This document shows positions 1 through 11,757 of a stretch of DNA of 64,000 nucleotides, piece after piece (the stretch's first letter is position 1; the number at the start of each line of letters is the position of its first letter). The translations under genes and the position numbers were made by a program. Source of the DNA: Octopus sinensis (taxonomy: Eukaryota); contig NC_042998.1 of NCBI RefSeq assembly GCF_006345805.1, positions 40,796,001 through 40,860,000 on the forward strand, read 5' to 3'. The notes beneath the pieces were generated by a model that ran no database searches, was not told the origin of the DNA, and saw only the letters and a list, made by a program, of their open reading frames with translations.

Positions 1-107
1 ACCACAGGATCAGTGCATTCCACTTTAACGGAGGGGTTATGCATGTGGAGAGTGTTGGTGAAATTCATCCCCAAGGTGCTGGTGGAGCAGCAGAACCAAC
101 TCCACAT
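1..107 (-). CDS. Possible start of an unidentified protein-coding gene running off the left edge (MWSWFCCSTSTLGMNFTNTLHMHNPSVKVECTDPV...)
   Basis: Open minus-strand frame from ATG 107 (second in-frame ATG at 68) to position 1. In-frame TGA upstream, locally higher GC, and a possible acceptor AG at 479-478 after a T-rich tract. No family motif recognised. Confidence 0.3.
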   Translation of the reverse strand, partial: MWSWFCCSTSTLGMNFTNTLHMHNPSVKVECTDPV

Positions 108-1179
108 GGAAATTGCATCATGTATATGGTGGTGGTGGTGGTGATGAGTTCAAATTTTACCAATGTTGATTCAACTTTTCATCTCTCTCATGAAGCAGTA
201 GAATGTGTAACTATTATTGTTGCAACTACATGGATTAGAACAAAATACAATCAAAATGTTCATGCATTTCATGTGGTCATTGAGATTTGATATTTTATTT
301 CACTGTTTCAGTGAATGATAGGTGTGTTGCTTAAATGAAGCTTTTTAATAATCTGAAAGCATTCTTTTCAATATTTTGTTTCAGATTTGTATCTGAGAGC
401 TATTTTGCCAAGATGGACCGATATTTTTTATGAATCTAGCGTATTCTCTGTTGTTGTTATTAGTACCAAATCACTGCCTTTAATTAATTTGAATTAAAAT
501 TTACAAAATGAACAAAAACAAATTTACAATATACATAATAAAAAAATTAATAAAAAAAAAGCAATTCGAAACCAAAAACAGCTGAAAATTAAATAACCAG
601 CACTAACAGAATACAGTTACACATAAATACATAATTAATAGGCCCACACAAAGAGAATAAAATTAAATTCATTGGTAATTAAAATATTACACATAGACAC
701 AACAGTATTCAAATTTTCACATAATTGTGAAGACTATAGAAGTCTACTTGATGACAGAGTGAAATATAATCTATATGAAGAGAAAATGCATAATAACCAA
801 TGGATTGTTGTATTTACACAACAATCAAGTACTAAGCAAGATACTTATAAAATCACTGTTTCTATATGCAAATTTATGTCTGGGTTATTTTTAAACTTCC
901 TTATTTCAAATTAATGATATAATATCAATAATTTATTCAGATGCTGAACTAGAGAAACTGAAGTATTCAAAATGTCCAGGAACATGTTCTAATGAAAATA
1001 ATCCAGCTTTCATTGCATCAATTTATGATTGTATCAATTTAAGAAAACAAGCAAGTGTTCATTTAAGAGGAATGCCATTTGAAGAATATTCATTCATAGC
1101 TTTCACAACCATAATTAAAAGAATATTTCGAGATTAAAATATTCAAACATTATATTTATGTCTACATACAAGTATTTAA

Positions 1180-1402
1180 CCCTTTTGTTATCATATTTCA
1201 GTTTAAATACACTACCTTTGTTTCAGTTCATTTTTAAATTACTGAAGAATTTGTCGAAATAACTTTGCTGTTTTTAAGCGGGTGTTTAGAACATAAATTA
1301 ACATAAAATTTTGAAGGAAGGCTTTAATTTTGATCACTTTAAAACTTGAAGCTTGTATCATAGAACCAGAAACAGTCTCAGGAGGACTGGTATTAAAAGG
1401 GG
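1180..1402. mobile_element. piggyBac-type MITE
   Basis: TTAA at 1176-1179 and 1403-1406 flanking imperfect inverted ends CCCTTTTG... / ...AAAAGGGG. TTAA TSD plus CCC termini is the piggyBac signature. Confidence 0.65.
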
Positions 1403-2279
1403 TTAAATATATTGCATTGAAGAAGAAGTGATTAATTGGATGTAAAACATCTGAAAAAAATAGTAAGAAAATGGATACACTAATAGAAATAATGATGATT
1501 ATGATGCTGCTGCTACTGCCGATGATAATGGTAGCAGTGCTGATTTTCAAACAATGTCTTTGCATTTTCGTCATAATTGCTGTTGTGATTGTCCTTGTCA
1601 CTGCAGCTGCCACCATCATCTTCACCACCCACACCACCATTGTCATTGATTGTAAATAAGTATTTAATTTCATCCTTTTGCTGAAACATCACTGTTTCCA
1701 TCCTGTCTTAAGTATTAGTGAAAGCTTGCAATCCTGATCAGATTTTTGCAAGTCAACACTCAGATCCATCTTCAGGCTGACTACCATAAAATGTGTCTCT
1801 TTTAATTTTTATTTTCTTTCTCTTCTTATATTGCACCAGAACTCTAGATTGTAATAAAAGATCTGTGAATCTCTTCTGGTTACTCATTTAATTCTTTTAT
1901 CAAGTATTGTTACTGGAAGGCATGTCTATAAACAGCAGCTTGTCTGACATTTTACCTAGTCAACAGCTGAGAAATATTTTTTTTCCATTGGATAGGATGC
2001 CAATTTATTGCAGGGTTTTCATAAAAATAAATTGAAGTTGAGATCTAAAGTGAATGAAGCACTCACCAATTACAGTTATTTTGCTACATACAACAATGAG
2101 CTGTACAAAACAATGCTATCTGTTTTGTCATAGATGATAAAAGTTAATTATCATCATCACATTTTTGTGATCAAATCCATATTATTCTGCTCATGTGTTC
2201 AAATATGATTTAAAGAAAATTAAAATTTTGTGCTAGAAGCTGCTCAGTGATGTGGAACCATGTGGTACCATGTTGTAAA

Positions 2280-2974
2280 TGTATGTTTGCTGTTAAACAC
2301 TACATTGCTGTAATATTTTGTCTAAGAAAGGACCCTTTAAAAGCATATAGTGCTAAAAACACAGCATATTTCAAATCTAGGCAAAATGAAATTGTCTCAG
2401 CAGTTAATAAAAGTAACAGATACTGATATTTTGTGGTTATTTCTGATCATTAGTGTTACATACTTCTCCACTTCCAAAACAAATTGCAACAGTCAGTTAG
2501 AAGTATGTATACAAATGGGGTAAAATCTATTTGCTGATGTGTGAAATTTTGTTAGAAGTAGCTTAATAATGTAAACATTATCAATAATCACATACTTAAT
2601 GTATGTGTGTTGTTAGACACTAAAGAGCTGCTGTAATTTGTCTAAAGGAGATCCTTCTAAAGATGTTGTATTAAAAAAAAAAAAAAACTTCAAAGTTTTG
2701 TGAAATGCTTTTGCACATCAGCAAATAGATTTTATGCTATCTGTATATATACTTCTAGCTGACTGTTGTAATTCATTTCAGGAGTGGAAGAGTATGAAAT
2801 AACTGTGAAATATTGGTACCTGTTGCTCTCATTTGCTTCCTGAGCAATTTTCTTTCACCTAACATTGAAGTAAGCTGGGTTTTTAACTCTAAACATCTTC
2901 AAAAGGATCTCCCTTAGACAAAATAACCACAGCCTTGCAGCATTTAACAACACGTATACATTAAATATGTGATA
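2280..2974. repeat. Old degenerate inverted repeat (arms ~2280-2545 and ~2712-2960) with a partial third copy ~2575-2675
   Basis: AAAATCTATTTGCTGATGTG (~2522) vs CACATCAGCAAATAGATTTT (~2714); ACAGTCAGTTAGAAGTAT vs ATACTTCTAGCTGACTGT; TTTTGTCTAAG vs CTTAGACAAAA. Confidence 0.65.
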
Positions 2975-3371
2975 TCTTTATATATAAAAGAGAAGTTGTG
3001 TGTCTGTCTCCTACGATTTAGATTCCTAACTACTCCCACATTTTGCGGTGCAGTTTAACCAAAACCGGGTATCTTATAGTCATGATTCATATCGAGCCCT
3101 TCTGGGTATTAGCGTGCATCTACGATGAGTCTACGATTTAAAAAAAAATTTACCATCATTTTTTCCATTTTAATGCATTTTTTCGCTATTATATAAGGGA
3201 AGTAACTCTCTAAAAATGTCTACGATGAGTCAACGATTTTTAAAAAAATTTACCATAATTTGATTTCCATTTTTAATGCATTTTTTTGCTATTTTTTGGC
3301 TATAACTCTCTAAAAATGCTTATATAGTTATTTCCCTTACAAACCCAAGCAACGCCGGGCGATACTGCTAG
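2975..3371 (+). mobile_element. Non-autonomous Helitron
   Basis: Starts TCTTTATATATAAAA after an A. Ends with a GC-rich subterminal hairpin (CCCAAGCAACGCCGGG) then CTAG followed by T. A|T insertion with no TSD. Confidence 0.85.
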
Positions 3372-3509
3372 TTGATAATATTTTAAACAATCTTAATAGC
3401 TGAATGATATTGAAGACATAATTGAAAATTTTAACACAATGAAGCAATATCTGAAGTTCTAAAAATTTATAAAATGTGGAATTTCCATAGGTCCTGTTAG
3501 CATAATAAC

Positions 3510-3730
3510 TGTTTCAAATTTTGGCTCAAGGCCAGCAATTTTAGAGGGAGGAGATAGTCAGTTACATTAACCCCCAGTACATGACTGCTACTTTATATTA
3601 TTGATCCAAAAGAATAAAAAGAAAAGTTGATCCTGACAGGATTTGAACACAGAACATACAGAGCTAGAAGAAATGCCACAAAGCATTTTGTTCAATGTGT
3701 TAAGGTTTTTTCTGCCAACTTACAACCTTT
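3510..3730 (-). mobile_element. Degenerate tRNA-derived SINE
   Basis: Minus-strand B-box-like GTTCAAATCC (~3640-3650) followed by a SINE-like body. Confidence 0.5.
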
Positions 3731-6700
3731 AGTCTGATAATGATAGCAATAAAATATCAAGATATTCTGACCAGTTGTGTCAGTTTTAAACACTGCCTTG
3801 CAACCACAGCATTTTTTTTTCCATTCTATGGAAAATAGCTTTGCTCTTTCATTTGAGAGAAGAGTAATTTAAAAACGATATTGAAAAGTTTGTAATTTTA
3901 TCAGGTTGTAAATATTACAGTGAGTATAGAAATATTAATTTACAAGCCAATAAAGAAGCCTCTATGTAGTTGCTTACCTTGCTAGAAAAAGCAGCCAAAT
4001 CTCCTTCAAATTACACCCCGACTTCTTGAGAGGAGAGGATGCATTGGATAATACAGCCCTAGACATACAATGTTCAAGGAAAAGACAAAAAGATGATGGC
4101 TTGAAAGCCTTTGATCATAGGTATACACACCAAGCTCACTTGGAGCTAAATAGCAATAATAATAACAGCAGGAGTAATCAATAATCCAAGAACGACATGG
4201 AGAAAGTATCTGTGATAAGTCAGAAACTCAATAGTTGCAATATTGTAGATTATTAGCATCTCTTCTTTCTATTGATTATAATAAAGCAATAGAAACAAAA
4301 CATAATCAAAATACAAGAATATTAAATTCCTGCAAATATTATAACAAAATAGTATCATTTAAAAACATTTCATAGGGGAAAAAATAATTTCATTTACAAA
4401 TCCTAATCTTCTTTTAGGAATATTTGGATTTTTGATCATAAATATGTAATCCATTACAGAATATTGTGTGCAAATTAGTACAAGTCTCTGCACAGATTCA
4501 GATCATTATCAATATCTTTATAAATACTGTTGAATTATGATTTCTAGTGATTTACCAAAAGAATATAATTTCCCAGAATGCAATCCATTGTCAGAAACTT
4601 TGGCTATATTTTCATACCAATCTAAGTACATTTTACACATTCACTTAATTGCATTCCAATATTTTTACTCTACATTACAATTCTTTGCAGATAAAATTTT
4701 ACATGATATGCATTTCTGGGTATATATACTTTACTAACTCATTTTAAGACAATATACTTGGTTTAAATAATCCACAATAAAAATTCTGAAATATTTTCAT
4801 AATGTATTTTTGAATACTTTTTCTTCTATAAATATTCAAAATATAACTGCTCAAATAAATGTCACTGAACATTTTTAGATTTGTAACTTTATGATTTAAG
4901 ATTTTATAATTTTGTTATCAAAGTGTAATTATTGATTTATCAAATGAGAAATTTAATTCTGGTGGTTATGGAAGTAGATGAATTTTTAGAACTCAGATTC
5001 TTGCCAATTTGCAATTGGAAAGCCATTGTTCTGCACAAAAAAAAAAAAGAAGATTAATCTAATTTACTATTACACACAAATTTTCTTTCCTTTTAATGAC
5101 TGACAACACATTGTATAAAGTAGATTATGTTACTTGCTAAAGGTTATTAGAATAAATGTAGAAATTTATATTTCTAAGATGATGAAAGACACATTCATGA
5201 AGAAAAACTTTTTTTTTTTAAATCTTGCCAACATGTTGCGTGAAGCATAGAACTGCACATGTAACAATACATATGCATTAAATTCCTAGAATCAAAAGAA
5301 GAGGAAGAATTATTTGGAATCAAAGTGTGATATATGATTGAGATATAGCCATCCATTCTTATAGATAAAAATATTATATACAAAAATGGCAAAAAGTATA
5401 AGTAGAAATTAAATGTTAACGGAGACAAAGTAGGGAACCATTCACTAACAAAAATTAAGAAAGTTTTGTTTCTACATACTCATAGAGTTTAGCATTTAAA
5501 GATTCCCAAAGAAAATATTTGGAACTATATAAGTAAAAGGTTTTCTAAGAAGACCAGTAACTTGCAAATATAGGTGAGAGATAAGAAAAATAAGAAAAGA
5601 AAATCAGATTTGTTCATATTTATATTGATGAAGGAACATTAAATCAGATTATGAAGTAGATCAAAATACAAAAATTTATGTGTGAAAACTATTGTGTTTA
5701 AAGGTTAAAAAGTATATATATAAAAAAAAGATAATAAACGAAAATAAATTTGCGTGTAACTTTTCTCCTTTAAATATACATGCTATAAGACTTATTTATG
5801 AAAAAATACAAGAAAAGGAATATTAATGTTAAATTTTCTCAAATGAATATATATTCTTGACATTTTACTTGATACAATTTTGTGTTATCAATTTTTTTAA
5901 TATCAATAGAATTATAGAAAATTATGATGCATCAAAACTTTTTTTTCATGCGTTGACAAGAATAATATGAAATAGCCTTTAAGTTTACATTTTCTGAAAG
6001 CAAATTCAGTTTTATGTTGTTCAAATATAAAAAGCGATTTAATTATCTACAGAATAAGCATGCACGTATGCAAATGCACAAACATTTATCTACATATGCT
6101 ATATATGTATTTATATGAAAAACAAAGTGAGCATTGTATGTGTTAATCATGTTTACAGAAGAATTTGAGCCAGTGAGGTAATTTTTAATTGGTTGCTCAG
6201 TCTGCTTTTGATAATAGCTAAATTTCACTCAAGTACCTCCCTACCATCCTAAATAAGAAGGGGACACATTTGATAATCTAATTCTAGATACCCTAAAAGT
6301 ATGAGATGGACATAGTCAAATGTCTTTGATCGTAGACCTGCTCCGTTAGAACTGACCATTCAACAACAACGTAGAAAGGCTTGTTTAGTACAATGATGCT
6401 GATTATCTTGTGACTTTCTTTTATAATTGCTTGCATAATAGATTTTAGCCATAAAGAACAAACATGCGATGTTTGAATTAGTTTGGGCCATTATAATAGC
6501 TTTATTAGCATTTTATGTTTTCAGTTCAAATCCTTTACTTAGTTTTATTAGCTTTTTATGTTTTTATTTCAAATCAAGTTTTTGAGCTTCATTCTTTTAT
6601 GATTGATAAATAATGTATCAGTCCAGAGTAGTGGATTGGCAGAGTTGTTAAAACCTTCAAACAAGATGAAGCAGATCTTTTCTGCTTGGTTGCACCAGTA

Positions 6701-6819
6701 GAAATTTTGAAGTTTAGTGAAAATTTTTAAATTTGGTGTATTGCTGTAGTTTTCCATGCTCAATCTCAGGGAATATTCAACTTTTTCCAGAAAAATTTTT
6801 AAAGAACATTATAGAAGTT

Positions 6820-7945
6820 TAAAGTTTGATAACTTTTATCCAGTCAGAAAACAGGATTTGGAAGCTGTCATTTTGTGCATGACTGCACAAGTTGTTGACG
6901 TTCTAAAAATAGCACGTGATTTGATATGAAACTGTAAATAAATCAAATTCTGCTTTAAGCACAACATATAGCCCCTAATTTTTTATTTTTTGGAATTTTC
7001 ATAAAATTTTTGCTAATTTGTATTATACACGCGGGAATTCATACGATTATGCAAAAGAAAATTGGAGATGCGTGATTTAAGGTCTATTTAGCTGTTGTTT
7101 TTAGCACACCTCACAATCAGGGTACATGCAACAGATGGGTACAAGCAGCAGAACATACCTTCAATGCACGTGGTTTCGCGTAGAATATATTTGTCAACAT
7201 ACGTGTTTTCTCACAAACAAAAGGGCTCTCATGTTTGGCTTGTTACTGTGAAAACAGGCATGAATGTGTCTGTGGCTTACGATTGGCTAAAATTACCCAA
7301 AATTTGCAAACTTTAAAAGCTATTAACTCTTTACTTATTTATGGCGAAAATGAATTTCATGTCAATGATCAGCACACAAAACGGATCTTTTCTGTTTGGT
7401 TGCAACTTTTCAATATCTTCAATTTTTGTTCCAATTGATTTCATATTAGGTGTAATAGTGCAGATTTGTATGCTGATCATTGACATGAAATTCATTTTCG
7501 CTGTAAATTAATTAATAATAAGTTAATAGCTTTTAAAATTTGCAAATTTTTGGTAATTTTAGCAGATCGAAAGCCACATACATATAGGTGCCCGTATCCA
7601 TAGTAACAAATCAAGCTGCTACCAAGCTGCTTACCATATGCTTAAAACACATGCGGTATGAGGACAATTATGAGATATGCTAAAAATAACAGCTATATAT
7701 GCCTTAAATCACGCACCAAAATTGATTTTTGCATAATCGTATGAATTCCCATGTATAGAGTATAAATTCGCAAACATTTTCTGAAAATTCCAAAAAAACA
7801 AAAAAGTTACGAGGGGTTATATGGCGTGCGTAAAGCAGATTCCGCCAATATTTCATTTGTTTACAATTGACAACACACGTTGTCAAGTACAAAATAGCAG
7901 CTTCCAAATCCTGTTTTCTAACTGGGTAAAAATGATCAAACTTAA
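6820..7945. mobile_element. ~1.1 kb fold-back (long inverted repeat) non-autonomous DNA element
   Basis: Outer arms ~6820-7115 and ~7668-7945 share AGAAAACAGGATTTGGAAGCTG and GGGAATTCATACGATTATGCAAAA in opposite orientation. Inner arms ~7280-7380 and ~7465-7570 share CGAAAATGAATTTCATGTCAATGATCAGCA in opposite orientation. Confidence 0.8.
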
Positions 7946-8039
7946 CCAAGAGACCTTATCTTATTGCCCATCACTTGTTATGCGCTCATAAAATGGTTTG
8001 ATAGTTGAACTCTGATTGGTTGTATGCAAATGAGTTCAT

Positions 8040-8226
8040 AACTGGGGTCCGGAATTCGCGTGGGGAAAAAAAAAATTTCGCGGCCGCCTCAAGGTACCAG
8101 CAACTCGAGTAAGTCGCCCGGGGTGCCATGTGCTAGGGAACGCCGAGGAGGACATGACAAAGACAGGGAAATTTACATGACAGTCAGCTTGCCCGGGGCT
8201 CCAACAACCCTAAAACAGGCCCTGGC
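8040..8226 (-). mobile_element. GC-rich DNA-transposon end fragment (hAT-like terminus)
   Basis: Minus strand begins CAGGGCCTG...GGAGCCCCGGGCAAG, resembling hAT-family MITE termini. Other end not found. Confidence 0.35.
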
Positions 8227-11058
8227 TTTACCGTATCTCGATTTCCCTCCGGTTGCAAACCATGTGTGCTGATTTTCTTTATATTATCTCAACATTTTCC
8301 GTTCACGCTGCAGGTGTAACACAAAATAACTTTATTTGAAGAACATATGCAAAACTCGACTTACATAGTAAATTTAACTTAAACATAGTTTTTTTCTTTC
8401 ATGCCTATGTTGTAATCGAAAATTGTTATATTTTCTATATATGAATTATTATCTCATTCAAACCTGTACTTTCTGAACTTTTTGAACGTAAACACATGCT
8501 GTTCAATCACATTAAACTATCGTAACACTTAGACCTGTAGACGCTTACCTTCAGGTGGCAGGTAAAAAATAAAAAAGAAGCTATATATAATTTATTGTTG
8601 TTGTCTCTGGTATCCATTATTTTCTTCTGTCTATTGCTACTGGGTTTAAATTACTTAACGCATCATAAACCGAACAACCAGCTTAGAAAGGTATGTATGT
8701 GTGTATGTAAGTATTGGTGCTGCATTACCGAATAGTTAAAAAGTTTGCTTCGTAATCACAGAGCCACGGGTTCGATTTTGCTGCGTGGTATCCTGAACAA
8801 GAGTCTTTGAGAATTGCCCGTGGCCTTTAATATAAAAATATTGAAAGCCACGGTGTACATCGACATTATAAAACAATTATACTGAAATTTCATGTTTAAC
8901 TGTGCAATTAATAGCAACATACTATCACTCGCTCTCTAAAGGTAGCTTGTAATCTTGTAATCAAACATTAACAACAAACCTGTACCTAAAGTAAGTCATG
9001 AATACAAACAAAGCAAACCGATTAACTGGAATACAAAGCCACTGTATTATATTGTAAAGAGAAGAGATGTCGACTTTTCGGATAGTTGTCTTTTGTCAAA
9101 ATAGACGGAAAGGGAAGTGAACAAAAAATTGTAAAAGGGGAAATGTAATATGCCTATCGAAAAAGAAGCATGCTGACTTATGACGGACAGAGAGTAAGTA
9201 GAGTTAATGGCTTTTTGCAGAGAAGAGTAAGCAAAGTCGAGGGTTGTTGTGGACATACACTTGGAGATAAAGCGCGTGAGAAGTTATAAATAGGTTGTGC
9301 GTATGCCTGAGTATGAAAAATACAGAATTAAGTGTGTGAGAGAAAGAGAGAGAGAGAGAGTGTGTGTTATGCAAAGTGTGTGAAGTGTCTGGGTGGACAT
9401 CTGAGATATTGCAGTCAGTATCTCTTTGTGTGTCTATGTATGTTTACAAGGTGTGAATTAAGTATAAGAGAGACGTTGTGGGTGAATATGTACATGTGTG
9501 AACTTTATCAGTGGGGACGAGGAATTCAATGAAAACTATTTAGTTGAAGCCACTTATCACTGCTGCTATGTCCAAGTGGAAGGTTAACTATTGTTCATAA
9601 AATGGGAGGAGATGGTTTGTAAAAGGTCACAAAAGACAAATGCATGAGTAGCATAGAGAATGAAATAGCGAACAACAAACGTGAACGACTTAATGCTATT
9701 TCATTGGACGTTCAGCAAATTCTCACCAAACCCCCTAGCATAAACAAATGCATTTTAGTCCAAGAAGCGATGGTGTGCACCATCAGCTACTGTGCCAAAA
9801 TTACCGACAGGCGTGCCAAAGTCATCGAGCCAATCAACCGGCGTAACAGCTCGTTCATTTCTCCAGACATACAGGCAGTAGTAAACGTAGAAACTTCATT
9901 ACCGTTTTGAACAAGCTGCTAGAGCATGTATTTCATTAACAAGCGTGTCAACAACATTTTTTCGGATCAATCAGTTATTCCACCTACTTCATCAACATAC
10001 ATGCCTACATTATTACCATTCAAAGCAATCAGCAACGCAGACCGATTCTATATGAACAAGCTTCTCTGTTAAGGATTATTATCGTAGAAAAGCTTAGCAA
10101 CAGGAATTATTGATATTGTAGTCGAGCTTACAGCCCACCCAGAATGGCAATGCCAGTCGATACTGAAGATATCAATAGTGACGATGTTTCTGGCAATCAC
10201 TGTGCCAGTGGGTGTTATAAAAAATAATTTTGTTTGGATAATATAGACAGCAGACTAACTATAAAATCTTCAATTCAGATACTGCTCTTATTGGTAACTC
10301 AAATACAGCCACACGGAGAAGTGATCAACCAATCAATCACATCGCCAACAAGCAGACCTACATCTGAGCTCACACTTTTACTAAGAACTCAGCCTTTCTA
10401 AAATCAATAATTTTTACCACTGATACCGAACTTGAAACCTACCCACCTTACACACATACACACACTCTCTCATCTTCCAGATTTTATCTTCATGATACGG
10501 TGGCCAGAGCGGTCTAGAACAAGATAACAAGAAAGAGAATACCTACAAACGAAGTTGACCATATTGAGACCGCTAGGTTAAAAAGAATACTGGTGGGACT
10601 TGGAAATTAAAACAACCAACAGATACTGCTGTGTAGGACCACGTAGAAAAGACATGTTCTGTTGTGGAAATCCTATCCTCCTGGACACGAATGTGGTTAG
10701 AAAAATACAAGAGAAAGAGGACATCTATAGGCCATTGATAAAGTTTCCAAATCCAGTAACCAAGGTACACTTTCAGCTTCATACCCGTAATTATTAGAGC
10801 AACAGGATAAATACCAATTCATCCAGAGAGCAAAATATGACTGAACTTGGAATCTTGGGGTGGGGGTGGAAAGAATGCAAATCCTTAGTTCATAAGCTAC
10901 AAATGACCACGACATCCAAGACTATTAAAATCTGCAAGATCTTAAAATTTAAAGGACGATGGTTAAATCATACTTTTCTTCACAACCTTGCTACCAAGTC
11001 GGTGGCCGGTCAAAATTTAGTCTAAATAAGAGAAACAGAAGACGTACGTACATACATA

Positions 11059-11426
11059 TGTAGTGACGCCAGGGTTTAGATGCCATTTTGGGATGTCCAT
11101 CTGCGCATGTGCAATGTTTGGTGTCTTCCGGTATGCTGCCGGAAGCCCCCTGATGCGCATGCGCAGTAATCTGGAGCAGTTAGCCTTTCCCGCTATTCCA
11201 AATTCTCTTGGTTCTTGGCGGTCGATGAATTAAGACGTGTCCTGACAAGGCTCCGAGCGAACCAGACTCTGCGGCGGTGAAGACTGTTTTAACCATGATG
11301 ATTTAATCCGACTCTGCTGCCTTCCTAACCCAGATGTTCATGCCACTGATGACCAGCGATGAAGTATCTTCTATTATTCCTATTTGTTCAGCTATTCGTG
11401 TTCCTGCCGTTTTATTCCTTTCTACA
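11059..11426 (+). mobile_element. Probable solo LTR
   Basis: GC-elevated block bounded by inverted TGTAG...CTACA termini. Flanks ACATA / ACATT resemble a 5-bp TSD with one mismatch. Confidence 0.5.
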
Positions 11427-11430
11427 ACAT

Positions 11431-11593
11431 TGTAGGGAAATGTGTGAGGTGCCCTACAAGTGCAGATATCACACAGAGATAGATAACAACAACCCTACAA
11501 ATTGGTGACCCCGGACAAAGAACATTAGAAGCAACAGATTCTATTGTGGCGGCTGGAATCGGTTGATGAAATGGCGCGAACCCAGTCAGACTT
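11431..11593 (+). mobile_element. LTR retrotransposon remnant: short TGTAGGG...CCCTACA unit, tRNA-Trp-type primer binding site and leader
   Basis: LTR-like end CCCTACA (11499) followed 3 nt later by TGGTGACCCCG (11503-11513), matching the start of the tRNA-Trp PBS used by ALV and many Gypsy elements. Confidence 0.7.
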
Positions 11594-11757
11594 GTGATTT
11601 CGACGTCAATGAATAAGCTCCGTCTATCTTTTCACAACTTCGACAGAGGAAGTCTGACTGGGTTCGCGCCATTTCATCAACCGATTCCAGCCGCCACAAT
11701 AGAATCTGTTGCTGCTAATGTTCTTTGTCCGGGTCACCAATTTGTAGGGTTGTTGTT
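11485..11757. repeat. Near-perfect ~108-bp inverted repeat with a 56-nt spacer
   Basis: 11485-11593 is the reverse complement of 11650-11757 apart from one substitution and one 1-nt indel. Confidence 0.95.

Noticed and set aside
126-146. Poly-His run in frame with the left-edge ORF
   Set aside because: Preceded by an in-frame TGA with no ATG or acceptor between, so it is a (CAC)n repeat in presumed UTR.
1239-1701. 144-aa and overlapping ORFs with I/M/V runs
   Set aside because: Degenerate trinucleotide (ATG/CAT/CAC) low-complexity tract plus a MITE; no domain or splice support.
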